Shown here: positions 48,869-64,000 of the stretch, piece by piece
Layout: each line of letters starts with the position of its first letter
Numbering within the stretch: the first letter of the stretch is position 1
NCBI GenBank assembly: GCA_963742805.1
Contig: CAVUNG010000001.1
Location: forward strand, 632,841-696,840
Reading direction: 5' to 3'
DNA length: 64,000 bases
Origin: an uncultured Solirubrobacteraceae bacterium
Lineage (GTDB): Bacteria > Actinomycetota > Thermoleophilia > Solirubrobacterales > Solirubrobacteraceae
Notes under the pieces: model-generated
Seen by the model: only the letters and a program-made list of their open reading frames with translations
Database searches by the model: none
What the model was told of the DNA's origin: nothing
Made by a program: the position numbers and the translations under genes

Positions 48869-49676
48869 CTACCCCTCGTGCTCGCCGAGCCCGCTCAAGC
48901 CGAGCCCGACCAGCAGGCCCAGCAGACCGCCGATCACGCCGGCCAGCCAGCTCGCCTCCGGGCGCGCGAACGGGATCGCCAGCAGCAGCGCCGCGAGCGC
49001 GCCGCGCCGAGCAGATCGCCTTCGTAGTAGTCGCCCCGGCGCGAGCCCTCAGGTCGGGCGCCGCCCAGGCGCCGAGCAGCGCCAGCGCGCCGGCGTTGGC
49101 ACCGGCGAGGATCGGGTCCACGTAGACGGCGTCGGCGACCAGCGCGCCGGCGGCGCCGGCGCCGAGGAACAGCGCCAGCACGACGCCAGGCCCGTGGCGG
49201 CGCTCGAGCAGCCAGCCGAAGAGCCCCGTCGCGAGGAGCGCGACGAACGCGTACAGCCCGCCGCCCCCGCCCTCGAAGTAGGCGAACTGGTAGGTGAAGA
49301 GCCGCCACCAGTCGCCGTCGAGCGGTCCGGCGACGACGCTGTGACGCAGCAGTTCGGGTTCCGCCTGGATCGCCACCCACATGCCGATCGAGACCGCGAC
49401 GAGGGCGATCGTCGCGTAGGGCCGGGTAACCGCCCAGCGGCTCGAACGGGTGCGCACAGGCCGCGGCGCAGGCCGGGTGCGGCCGGAGCGGCTGCGCCCG
49501 AGCAGCGTGCCGATGCCCCCGCGCCGGGAGCCCGAGCCCGCGTCGGCCTGCACGCGCGGCAGCTTCGGCGCGCGCCTGCGCAGCCGGTTCCCGCAGTACG
49601 GGCACTCGGTGATGTACGGGCTGACCTCCGATCCGCACTGCTTGCACACGACGAACAGATCAGCTCCGGACCTCAC
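48869..49676 (-). CDS. Rhomboid-fold membrane protein with N-terminal zinc ribbon, catalytic dyad apparently absent (indels near 3' end)
   Basis: CKQC..CPYC; GDWWRLFT; LAGANAG at the GxSG position; SWLAGVIGG at the AHxxG position. Confidence 0.72.
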
Positions 49677-49789
49677 CAGGCCATTCTAAGGTCCTGTGCC
49701 CGAACGCCCGCCGGGTCCGGCGTGTCCGCCCGGCGTGCGCCGACAGGCGCTCGACAGGCTCCCGGGGCCCTTTGGAATACTCAGTGGCC

Positions 49790-50718
49790 ATGAACCTCGG
49801 ATACGACCAGAAGCTCTACATCCTCGCCTTCGACCATCGCGGCTCCTTCCAGAAGAAGTTCTTCGGCATCGAGGGCGAGCCGGACGCCGAGCAGACGGCG
49901 ATCATCGCCGACGCCAAGCACCTGATCTTCGAGGGCATGCTCCAGGCGGTCGAGCGCCGGCGCGGACCCGGCCGTCACCGGCGTGCTCGTCGACGAGCAG
50001 TTCGGCTCGACCGTGCCCGCAGGAGGCCAAGGCCGCCGGTCTCAAGCTGGCGATGCCCGCCGAGCGCTCGGGCCAGAACATGTTCGACTTCCAGTACGGC
50101 GATGACTTCGGCGAGCACATCTCGCGCTTCGACCCCGACTTCACGAAGGTGCTCGTCCGCTACAACCCCGACGGCGACGCGCGCCGAGAACGCCGAGCAG
50201 CTGGGCAAGCTCAAGCGCCTCGCCGACTGGCTGCACGCGCACGAGCGCAAGTTCCTGTTCGAGCTGCTCGTGCCGGCCGAGGCCGCCCAGCTGCAGTCGG
50301 TCGGCGGCGACACCGACCGCTACGACGCAGAGCTGCGCCCGGAGCTGATGCGCCGCGCGATCGCCGAGATCCAGGACGCCGGCATCGAGGTCGACATCTG
50401 GAAGATCGAGGGCGTCGACGAGCGCTCGGACTGCGAGATGCTCGTCGCGCAGGCCCGCTCGGGCGGCCGCGACGGCGTCGTCTGCGTCGTGCTCGGGCGC
50501 GGCGCCGATGACGCCAAGGTCGACCAATGGCTCACGGCCGCCGCGCCCGTCGAGGGCTTCGTCGGCTTCGCGATCGGGCGCTCGATCTGGTGGGACCCGC
50601 TCAAGGCCTACGTCGACGGCAAGATCGAGCGCGCCGAGGGCGCGCGCAAGATCGCCGAGAACTACCTGCGCTTCGTCGCCGTCTACGAGCGGCGACGAAG
50701 GCCGCGGCCGCGTCGTAG
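49790..50718 (+). CDS. DUF2090/IolC-C-terminal-like class I aldolase domain protein (indels)
   Basis: LAFDHRGSF, KVLVRYNP, FLFELLVP, DIWKIEG, VLGRGA, GFAIGRSIW. Confidence 0.8.
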
Positions 50719-50894
50719 GCGGCGCCGGTGCTGACGACGGTGGCGTCTCGTTTGTCCTCCGTCACGGCGGCGCATCCTCGTTCCTGGCAGGGACCGGACG
50801 GCCCGCCCGCCCCGCGGCGCGTTCTCCGCGCATACCCCATTCGCGGCACTGCGCAAGCGACCGAGGACGCGGCCAGGGACGAGGAGGCGCCGTC

Positions 50895-51138
50895 GTGAAG
50901 ATGCGCCAGAGCCTGGCGGACTGGGAGCAGGCCTTCGTCCAGAGAGATCACGCTCGACCGTCGACCGCCGCGACTCGCTGCGCCGCACCGCCGAGCAGCG
51001 GACGGCCAAGCGCGAAGTCCAGAAGCGTCACAAGCGCGGCTCGGTGCGCTTCGCTGCTGCTCGTCGCGACGCTGATCCTGACGGCCGTCGTCGTGACGGT
51101 CGGTCATGTTCCGCACGCTCTACCTGCTGCTCGGCTAG
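50895..51138 (+). CDS. Small hypothetical protein with C-terminal TM (indels)
   Basis: GAGGAGG RBS; MRQSLADWEQAF...LVATLILTAVVVTV. Confidence 0.55.
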
Positions 51139-51175
51139 CAGCGAAGGGCGCGCGTCGCGCCCGGGTTCCGCGGAC

Positions 51176-51469
51176 TCACCCCGTGGGCGCCTCGCGGGCG
51201 CGCCTAGCGCCGCCGCGGCCGCCCTCGCCGAGTTCGCGAAGCGCGTCGTCCACCTCGGCGATCTTCTCCGGCTGGTGGCCGTCCTGCGGCATCGTCACGC
51301 CCGTGGCTTCGCGGTGGATCTCGAGGTAGATCTCCTTGCGGAAGACCGGGACCTTCTGCGGCGCCTGAATGCCGATCCGCACCTTCTCGCCCATGACCGA
51401 AAGCACCGAGACCTCGATGTCGTCCCCGATCATGATGCTCTGGTTGGACTTGCGCGTCAGAACCAGCAT
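51176..51469 (-). CDS. csrA: Carbon storage regulator CsrA
   Basis: MLVLTRKSNQSIMIGDDIEVSVL..VRIGIQAP..VPVFRKEIY. Confidence 0.95.
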   Translation of the reverse strand: MLVLTRKSNQSIMIGDDIEVSVLSVMGEKVRIGIQAPQKVPVFRKEIYLEIHREATGVTMPQDGHQPEKIAEVDDALRELGEGGRGGARRAREAPTG

Positions 51470-51743
51470 TCTGGTGCACCTTCCTGTTTGCCGACTGGCC
51501 ACCCGGCGGGACGCCCCACCCACCAAGTCAGGCAAGCATAGTCCGAGCACCGGGGGAAAGCGATACCACGCAGACAACGATCCCGCTTGCTGCGGCAGAC
51601 CCACGACAGCCGAGAGATTCGAGCAGTCCGATCGCGCCGGTCGAGGCGGCGCTGGCCCACGGGCCCCAGCTGGTCCGTGCGCGGACCGTCACCGGCGAGC
51701 GCCGCGCTGCACCGCTCCTATGCGCTAGTCTCCCGGACCGTCC

Positions 51744-52296
51744 ATGCCTCGGAAATCACTGCGCCCGCACCTCAACCAGATCCGCGCCTGGGTGCGCCAG
51801 GGCCGTACCGACGCCTGGGTCGCCCACCAGCTCGAGGTCACCGTGCGCGACATCGAGCAGTTCAAGCGCCAGAACGACCTCGCCGGTGACGACGACCGGC
51901 CGACGGCGCCGCCGGCCGAGTATCCGAGGAGATCGACCTGCGCGCCGAGGACGACGCGCTGATCGCCGCCGAGCTCGAGGCCGCCGAAGCAGAGGCCGAG
52001 CGCGCGCACGCCGAGGCCGCGGAGAAGGACGACGGCGACGACGAGGAGGAGTCCGAGGAGGGCTCCGCCCGCCCGCCGCCGCAGCCGGCGTGGCGGGCGC
52101 CGCCGCTCGACGCGCGCGCACAGCGCCGCTCGAGGGCACGTTCGACCACGGCGAGGAGGGCTACGGGCTGTGGCTCGACCCCGCGATCCAGGACAACCCG
52201 GTCTACGCCGAGCACTGGGCCGGCCACCGACCGGTCGAGGTCGCCGTGGAGGAGGACCGGATCGTCATCCGCCGCATCGACGGCGACGACGAGTAG
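51744..52296 (+). CDS. Hypothetical protein: HTH-like N-terminus, acidic linker, compact beta-rich C-terminus (indels)
   Basis: IRAWVRQGRTDAWVAHQLEV..; GTFDHGEEGYGLWLDPAIQD..VEVAVEEDRIVIRR. Confidence 0.65.
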
Positions 52297-52312
52297 GGAC
52301 GAGTAGGTCGGG

Positions 52313-52412
52313 GTCGGCCCGGCGCTCGATGCCGGGCCTCAGGAAGAGTCGGCCCGGCGCTCCATGCCCGGCCTCAGGAAGAGTCGGCCCGGCGCTCCAT
52401 GCCGGGCCTCAG
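52313..52412 (+). repeat. Tandem 35-bp REP-like palindromic unit, about 3 copies
   Basis: GTCGGCCCGGCGCTCCATGCCGGGCCTCAGGAAGA at 52313, 52348, 52383; internal 8-bp stem. Confidence 0.9.
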
Positions 52413-52736
52413 CTCTCGGCGATCTCGAGCCGGCCGCCGGCGTAGTCGGAGGCCTCGCGCAGGTAGCGCGCGAAGGCGGCGTCGGCCACCAGCCCGGCGT
52501 CCCACGCCCATGGGTCCTCCGGCGCGACCTTCATCGCCACCTGCAGGCACCAGCCGGTGCCGGCGTCATAGAGGTCGGCGAGCTCGTCCGCGGAGAAGCG
52601 CCCGCCCAAGCGGCGGCGCAGCTCTGCGACCAGCGCATCGGTGACGCGCTCGAGCAGCCGCCGGCGCTCGGCGGGCGCAGCCTGCAGGCGTCGCTCGCCC
52701 TGCTGCCACTGGTAGAGCGCCGTTCTCGAAGGACAC
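52409..52736 (-). CDS. Small hypothetical helical protein (indel near start)
   Basis: VSFEN..ALYQWQQGERRL..ELRRRLGGRF..LY..GTGW..DAAFARYLREASDYAGG. Confidence 0.65.
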
Positions 52737-52782
52737 GCGGCCGAGGCTAGCAGCGGCAGCGCGGCGCCCGGAGACCCTGCAC

Positions 52783-52852
52783 GGAGCGCCGGGCCGACCT
52801 TCCGAAGGCCCGGCATGCCCGGCATGCCCGGCATGGAGCGCCGGGCCGACCC
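52783..52852 (-). repeat. Inverted copies of the same REP-like unit
   Basis: Reverse complement reads GGGTCGGCCCGGCGCTCC(ATGCCGGGC)x3 CTTCGGAAGGTCGGCCCGGCGCTCC. Confidence 0.88.
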
Positions 52853-52864
52853 TTCGATCACTGC

Positions 52865-54575
<1,711 letters not shown>

Positions 54576-54587
54576 TTGTGCCGCGCC

Positions 54588-55781
54588 TCATGGGGATTCG
54601 CTGCCCGGGCGGTGCGGGCCTCTGCCCGTGCTCGTCGTCGGCGCCGGCGGCGTCCGGTGCTGGTCGTCTTCGGCGCTTTGTAGCTCCTTGCAGTCGGCGA
54701 CCACGTAGCCGCAGCGGCATTCGGTTTTGCGACCTCCCACTTCTTTCTGAATTCTTGACGAATTGCTCAGCGCCTTCTGCTGCTGCCTGGGCGGTCAGCT
54801 GCTGCTTGATCGACGACTTCGACCTTGCGACAGCGGCTGCTGGCTGCCGGGCGTGATCGCCCTGTGACTTCGTAGATGTAGTAGCCGAACGGCGTCTTGA
54901 CGGGACCGCCGAGCACGTTGGCCTTGGCCGAGAAGATCGCTTCGTCGAGCGCCTTCTCCTCCTGGCCCTTGACGACTTCCCGAGCAGCGCCGCCGTTGGC
55001 CTTGCTGGTCGGGTCGATCGACGTGCTCTTGGCGACCTCGGCGAAGCTCTTGCCCGATTCGATTTCTTTCTTGGCCTCCTTCGCCTGCGCTTCGGTCTTG
55101 GTGAGGATGATCTGGACGTTGCGCTTTTCGGGCGTGCCGTACCGGGACTTGTTTTCGTTGTAGTACTTCTGGATTTCGGCCTGGCTGACCTTCGGCTTTT
55201 CCTTGACGATCTTCTGCTGGATTTTCTGGGAGAGCAGGTTCAGCTTCACGCGCAGCAGCAGGTCGGAGACGGTCTGGCCGGAGGTCGCGAGGAATTTTTC
55301 GAATTCGGCCGGCCTTGGGGAACTGCTGGTTCTTGATCTTTTCGAACTGCTTCTTGACTTCCTTGTCGCTCAGCTTTCACGCCCAGCGACTTCGGCTTCG
55401 CCGAGGACCCAGGCCGAGGAGATCAGGAAGCCGAGGACCTCCTGCTGCAGCGACTTGTACTGCTGTTCGCACTGGCTCTTCAGCTGCGGCTTCGGTCGGC
55501 GCGGTCTGCCCTTTGGCCGGCTTCGCCGCGGTCGCTTCGAGGTGGGCGATGCAGGCCGTGTAGTTGGGCGGTTCCGGGACGACCGGCTTGGTCGCCGCCG
55601 GTCGTCGACGCGCTCGAGGCGGCGGCCACCGCCATCCAGTGGTTGAACGTGGCCTTGGTGATCGGGGTGCCGTCGACCTGCACGACGGCGTTGCCGGGGA
55701 TCCGCCGCCGCACGCGGCGAGGCCGACGACGGCAAACAAAACGGCGCCGAGCGCCGCGATGAACCGGAAGTGCTTGGACAC
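54588..55781 (-). CDS. PrsA/SurA-like parvulin foldase lipoprotein (indels; end approximate)
   Basis: Lipobox LAAC; GKSFAEVAK..SIDP..KANGG; GPVKTPFGYYI. Confidence 0.8.
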
Positions 55782-55856
55782 GACGCGGGCACTCTAGCGG
55801 AAACAGCTCAGCCGTTGCGTAAGCGGTAACTGAAGCTCGCTGAAGATCGCGTCGCG

Positions 55857-59371
<3,515 letters not shown>

Positions 59372-59375
<4 letters not shown>

Positions 59376-60010
59376 TGCACGGAGTCGCGCGTCGAGCACG
59401 ATCCCGCTCGACCGCGTCGCAGGCGCGCTCGATCGAGCGTCGCGCACCTGCCGCGTCGGTCCTCGCGGAAGCGCCCGAGCACGTAGGCCGAGACGATCTC
59501 CGGGTCGGTCGAGTCGGGGCGCCCGACGCCCACGCGCACGCGCATGAAGTCGGCGCTGCCCAGCTCGCGCTTGAGCGACTTCAGCCCGTTGTGCCCGGCC
59601 AGGCCGCCGCCCAGGCGCGTGCGCACCTCGCCGAACGGCAGGTCGATCTCGTCGTGCACGACCAGCACGCGCTCGAGCGGCAGCTTGAAGCGAGCCGCGC
59701 GCCGGCCCGACCGAGCGGCCGGCGTCGTTCATGTAGGTCTGCGGCCACAGCACCGCGACGCGCGCGGGCGCCCGCGCCGCAGCTGCCGCCGGTCGCTCCG
59801 CCGGCGCCGCCGACGCGCCCCTCGGCGATGCGCCCGCGGAAGCGGTCCTTCGCCCGGCCCAGCTCCCAGCGCTCGGCCGAGCGCCTCGGCGACCATGAAG
59901 CCGACGTTGTGGCGCGTGTCGCGCGTGCTCGCGGCCGGGGTTGCCCGAGCCCGACGATCAGCCAGTCGACGCGCCGCCGCCGCCGCCGCCACCGCCGAAC
60001 GGCCGTCGCA
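59372..60010 (-). CDS. pth: Peptidyl-tRNA hydrolase (indels; start approximate)
   Basis: LIVGLG, TRHNVGF, PQTYMN, VHDEIDLPFG, GHNGLKS. Confidence 0.92.
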
Positions 60011-60017
60011 GGGCCGG

Positions 60018-60710
60018 CTACTCCTCGCCGGAGGAGCTCGCCGTCGGAGCCGCTCGGCCTCGCCGGCAGCCTCGCCCGCGCCGCGCCCTCGCCGACGAGC
60101 TCGGTCTCGGCCTCGATTTCCTCCTCGGCCTCGGCCTGCAGCCGCGGCGGCGAGAGCGTCGCGACGACGGTCTCCTCGAGGTCGTCGAGCAGCGTGACGC
60201 CCTCGGGCACCGCGATCGCGTCGAGAGCACGATCGTGTCGCCGATCTGCATCTCGCCGACGTCGTGCACGATCGACTCGGGGATCGCGGTCGGCAGCGCC
60301 TCGACGTTGAGCTCGCGCGTGATCTGCTCGAGCACGCCGCCTTCCTTGACGCCGGGCGCGTCGTCGACGCCGGTCAGCTCCAGCGGCACGACCGCGTGGA
60401 TCGCCTCGTCGAGGCGCACGCGCAGCAGGTCGACGTGGACGGTCTCGCCGCGCACCGGGTCGCGCTGGGCCTCCTTGAGCACGACCGGCGTCGCTTTGCG
60501 CGCCGTCGATGCTCAGGTCGAGCACCGCGCCCGGAGCCGGCCAGCGCGAGGCGCAGCTCGCGCGCGTCGGCGTCGAAGCCGACAGGCGTCGCTCGCCGCC
60601 GCCGTAGAGGACCCCGGGCACGCGCCCGCTGCGGCGCAGGCGCCGCGCCGCGCGCGAGCCGTCGGCGGCGCGGCTGTGTGACGTCGAGCTTTGTGGTCGT
60701 CGATGGCCAT
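60018..60710 (-). CDS. rplY: 50S ribosomal protein L25/Ctc (indels)
   Basis: VPGVLYGG, LKEAQRDPV, HVDLLRV, GVKEGGVLEQ; between prs and pth. Confidence 0.92.
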
Positions 60711-60727
60711 GAGGCGAGCCGAGGACT

Positions 60728-61370
60728 CTAGCAATCCGCGGGTGCTCGCTTCGCTTCCGCTCGGGCAGTCGCCTTCGTTGCGATCGGCGCGCTGATCGAC
60801 AGCAGCTGACGTCGATGCCCGTCAGGAAGTTGCCGGTGCGCCTGCACGTCGACGCACTGCACGACCGGCAGCGTGCCGATCACCGTCCACGCGACGCGCG
60901 TGGTGCCGGTGGCGCCGAACGAGCGAGTAGGCCGTCTTCGAGTTGAGTCAGCAGGATCTTGACCGCGCCCGCGCGGCGCAGCGTGGGTCGGCAGCGTCGG
61001 CCCGCACCCGCGCGACGCACTCGGCGCTCGCGCGGCGCAGCCGCTGAGGCTGGCGAGCATGCCCGCACGTCGCCGCGCGCCTCGGCCTGCAACACCGCGA
61101 GGTCGTCGTCGCGTTCGACGTTCTCGGCGTGCAGGAAGCGCGCCAGCAGACCGCTGATCGCGAGGAGCGACGGACGAGCCCGAGCGATCGCCGCAGTGCG
61201 CAGCCGGCTGCACGTGCGCAGGCGAGCCCGCGCCACCAGGCGCGCGGCCGGGCACCGCGCCGGCGGGCGGGCGCGACGCCCTGCGCCGAGCGCGAGACGG
61301 CCTCGGTCGTCGAGCCGGAGCCGGCGGACGTCGCCGGTCGCCGACAGGTGAAGCGGTGCGACCGCGCCGC
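60728..61370 (-). CDS. Hypothetical membrane-anchored protein (indels; bounds approximate)
   Basis: Coding-like fragments ISGLLARFLHAENVERD, GATGTTRVAWTVIGTLPVVQCV. Confidence 0.5.
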
Positions 61371-61376
61371 GCGCGC

Positions 61377-62408
<1,032 letters not shown>

Positions 62409-62450
62409 CTCCCCTGGCAGTGTAGAGCGTCGTGCTCACGGCTCGATCGC

Positions 62451-63861
62451 TCACGGCTCGCTCGCGCCCTCGCCGCCTGCGCTCGTCCTCGGCGGCGTGC
62501 CTCGCCGACGGCGCCGGCTTCTGGGACCATCCCGCCTCGCGATAGCCCTCGATGTTGATCTGGCGCGCGCGGGCGATCCCAGCGCGCCCGGGGGCACGTC
62601 CTCGGTGATCACCGAGCCCGCGCCGGTGTAGGCGCCGTCGCCGACGCGTCACGGGCGCGACGAAGCGTCGTGTCGACGCTCGTCGCGCACGCCGCTCGCC
62701 GATCGTCGTGCGGTGCTTGGCGCGGCCGTCGTAGTTGGCCGTGATCGTCGCCGCGCCGAGGTTCGTGCGCTCGCCCACGTCGGCGTCGCCGATGTAGGAG
62801 AGATGCGGGATTTTCGACGCCGGGGCCGATGTCGGAGTTCTTGACCTCCACGAACGTGCCGACCTTGGCGCCCGCGCGCAGCACGGTCCCGGGCCGCAGG
62901 TAGGCGAACGGGCCGACGCTGACGCTCGTCCTCGAGGACGCAGTCGACGAGGTACGAGCTGCCTGATCCGGCAGCTCGCGCCCGATGCGGGTCGCGCCGC
63001 GGATCGTCGTGAACGGCTCGATCACGGTGTCCTCGCCGATCTCGACGTCGACGTCGATCACGGTTGCCGCCGGGTCGACGATCGTGACGCCCGCGCGCAT
63101 GTGCCGCGCGTGGATCGCCTCCTGGGCCAGCGCCCGGACCGCGCCAGCGCAGCGCGGTCGTTGACGCCGAGCACCAGGCGCTGGTCGTCGACTGCGTGCG
63201 CGGCGACCCTGGCGCCGTCGGCGCGGAGCGATCTCGAGCACCTGCGGCAGGTACAGCTCGCCCTGCGCGTTCTCGGCAGTCAGGCGCGGCAGCGCGGCGC
63301 GCAGCGGCCGCGCCGCGAACACGAAGATGCCGGTGTTGACCTCGCGGATCTCGCGCTCGGCCTGGGTCGCGTCGCCTGGCTCCTTGGTCTCGACCACGCG
63401 CTCGACCGCGCCGTCGGCGTCGCGCACCACCCGCCCGTAGCCGCTCGGGTCCTCGAGCACCGTCGTCGCCATCGTCGCTGCGGCGCCCGGTGTCGCGGTG
63501 CGCGTCGAGCAGCTCGCGCGATCGCCTCGGCGCTCACGAGCGGCACGTCGCCGCTGAGGACGAGCACGGCCGCGGCGTCGTCCAGCTCCGAGCCCAGGGC
63601 CGACGAGCGCGGCGGCGACGGCGCCGCCCGTGCCGTCGGGCGCTGCCTGGACGGCGAGCTCGACGCCCTCGGGCAGCACCTCGCGAGCGCGCGGGCCGGC
63701 GAGTCCACGACCACGATCGCCCGGCGCCGGCCGCCGAGCGCGGCGCGCACCGGCCACAGCACCATCGGCAGGCCGCAGAGCTCGTGCAGCACCTTCGGCC
63801 GCTGCGAGCGCATGCGCGTGCCCTGGCCGGCGGCGAGGATCAGGACGGTCGGGGCGCTCAC
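62451..63861 (-). CDS. glmU: Bifunctional GlmU (many indels; end approximate)
   Basis: [51 protein letters not shown]. Confidence 0.95.
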
Positions 63862-63923
63862 GGCGGTTGATGCTAAACGCTCGCGGCAGCCACGCCGGCG
63901 AGCCCAGGGCGCGCGACCCGGAG

Positions 63924-63994
63924 CTGGGGGGCAGGGACTCGAACCCCGATTCTCAGGACCAAAACCTGATGTCCTGCCATTGGACGACCCCCCA
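63924..63994 (-). tRNA. tRNA-Gln(TTG)
   Basis: TGGGGGG acceptor, TCAGG-TTTTGGT-CCTGA anticodon arm, GGTTCGAGTCC; usual position upstream of glmU. Confidence 0.95.
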
Positions 63995-64000
63995 AGGGCA

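Noticed and set aside
50832-50858. SigF-like motif GCTT-N17-GGGTAT on the - strand
   Set aside because: It points antisense into the aldolase gene end with no convincing ORF and lies in the error-prone zone.
52313-52412. 35-bp repeats as a CRISPR array
   Set aside because: Units are head-to-tail with no unique spacers and there are no cas genes.

Overview
High-GC actinobacterial chromosome segment; gene content points to Thermoleophilia/Solirubrobacterales (inference). There are three zones. (1) 1-29.9 kb is a nearly indel-free accessory/stress region: galK end, UbiA-like + methyltransferase pair, photolyase, tatA-sigK-rskA, and a SigF/SigB-type stress cluster (CHASE3 kinase, receiver, REC-PP2C, PfpI, sigma, STAS, ferritin-like protein) with six matching GNTN-N15-17-GGGTA promoters. 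It also holds MFS transporters, hydrolases and a cspA module bracketed by ~55-bp direct repeats. (2) 29,974-43,048 is a ~13-kb island bounded by a 23-bp direct repeat of the initiator tRNA-Met 3' end, with no integrase. It carries haloperoxidase-like hydrolases, a rhodanese, a PAS kinase with two regulators, two paralogous 4-Cys secreted proteins and a ~1,170-aa secreted SGNH/Ig-like protein. (3) 43.1-64 kb is core chromosome (ppx, ThDP enzyme, tRNA-Leu(TAA), extended ECF sigma, rhomboid pseudoprotease, csrA, ftsB, eno, prsA-like, mfd, pth, rplY, prs, glmU, tRNA-Gln). Almost every gene there carries indels, most likely consensus errors, so coordinates in this zone are approximate. All calls come from reading motifs by eye; no searches were run.
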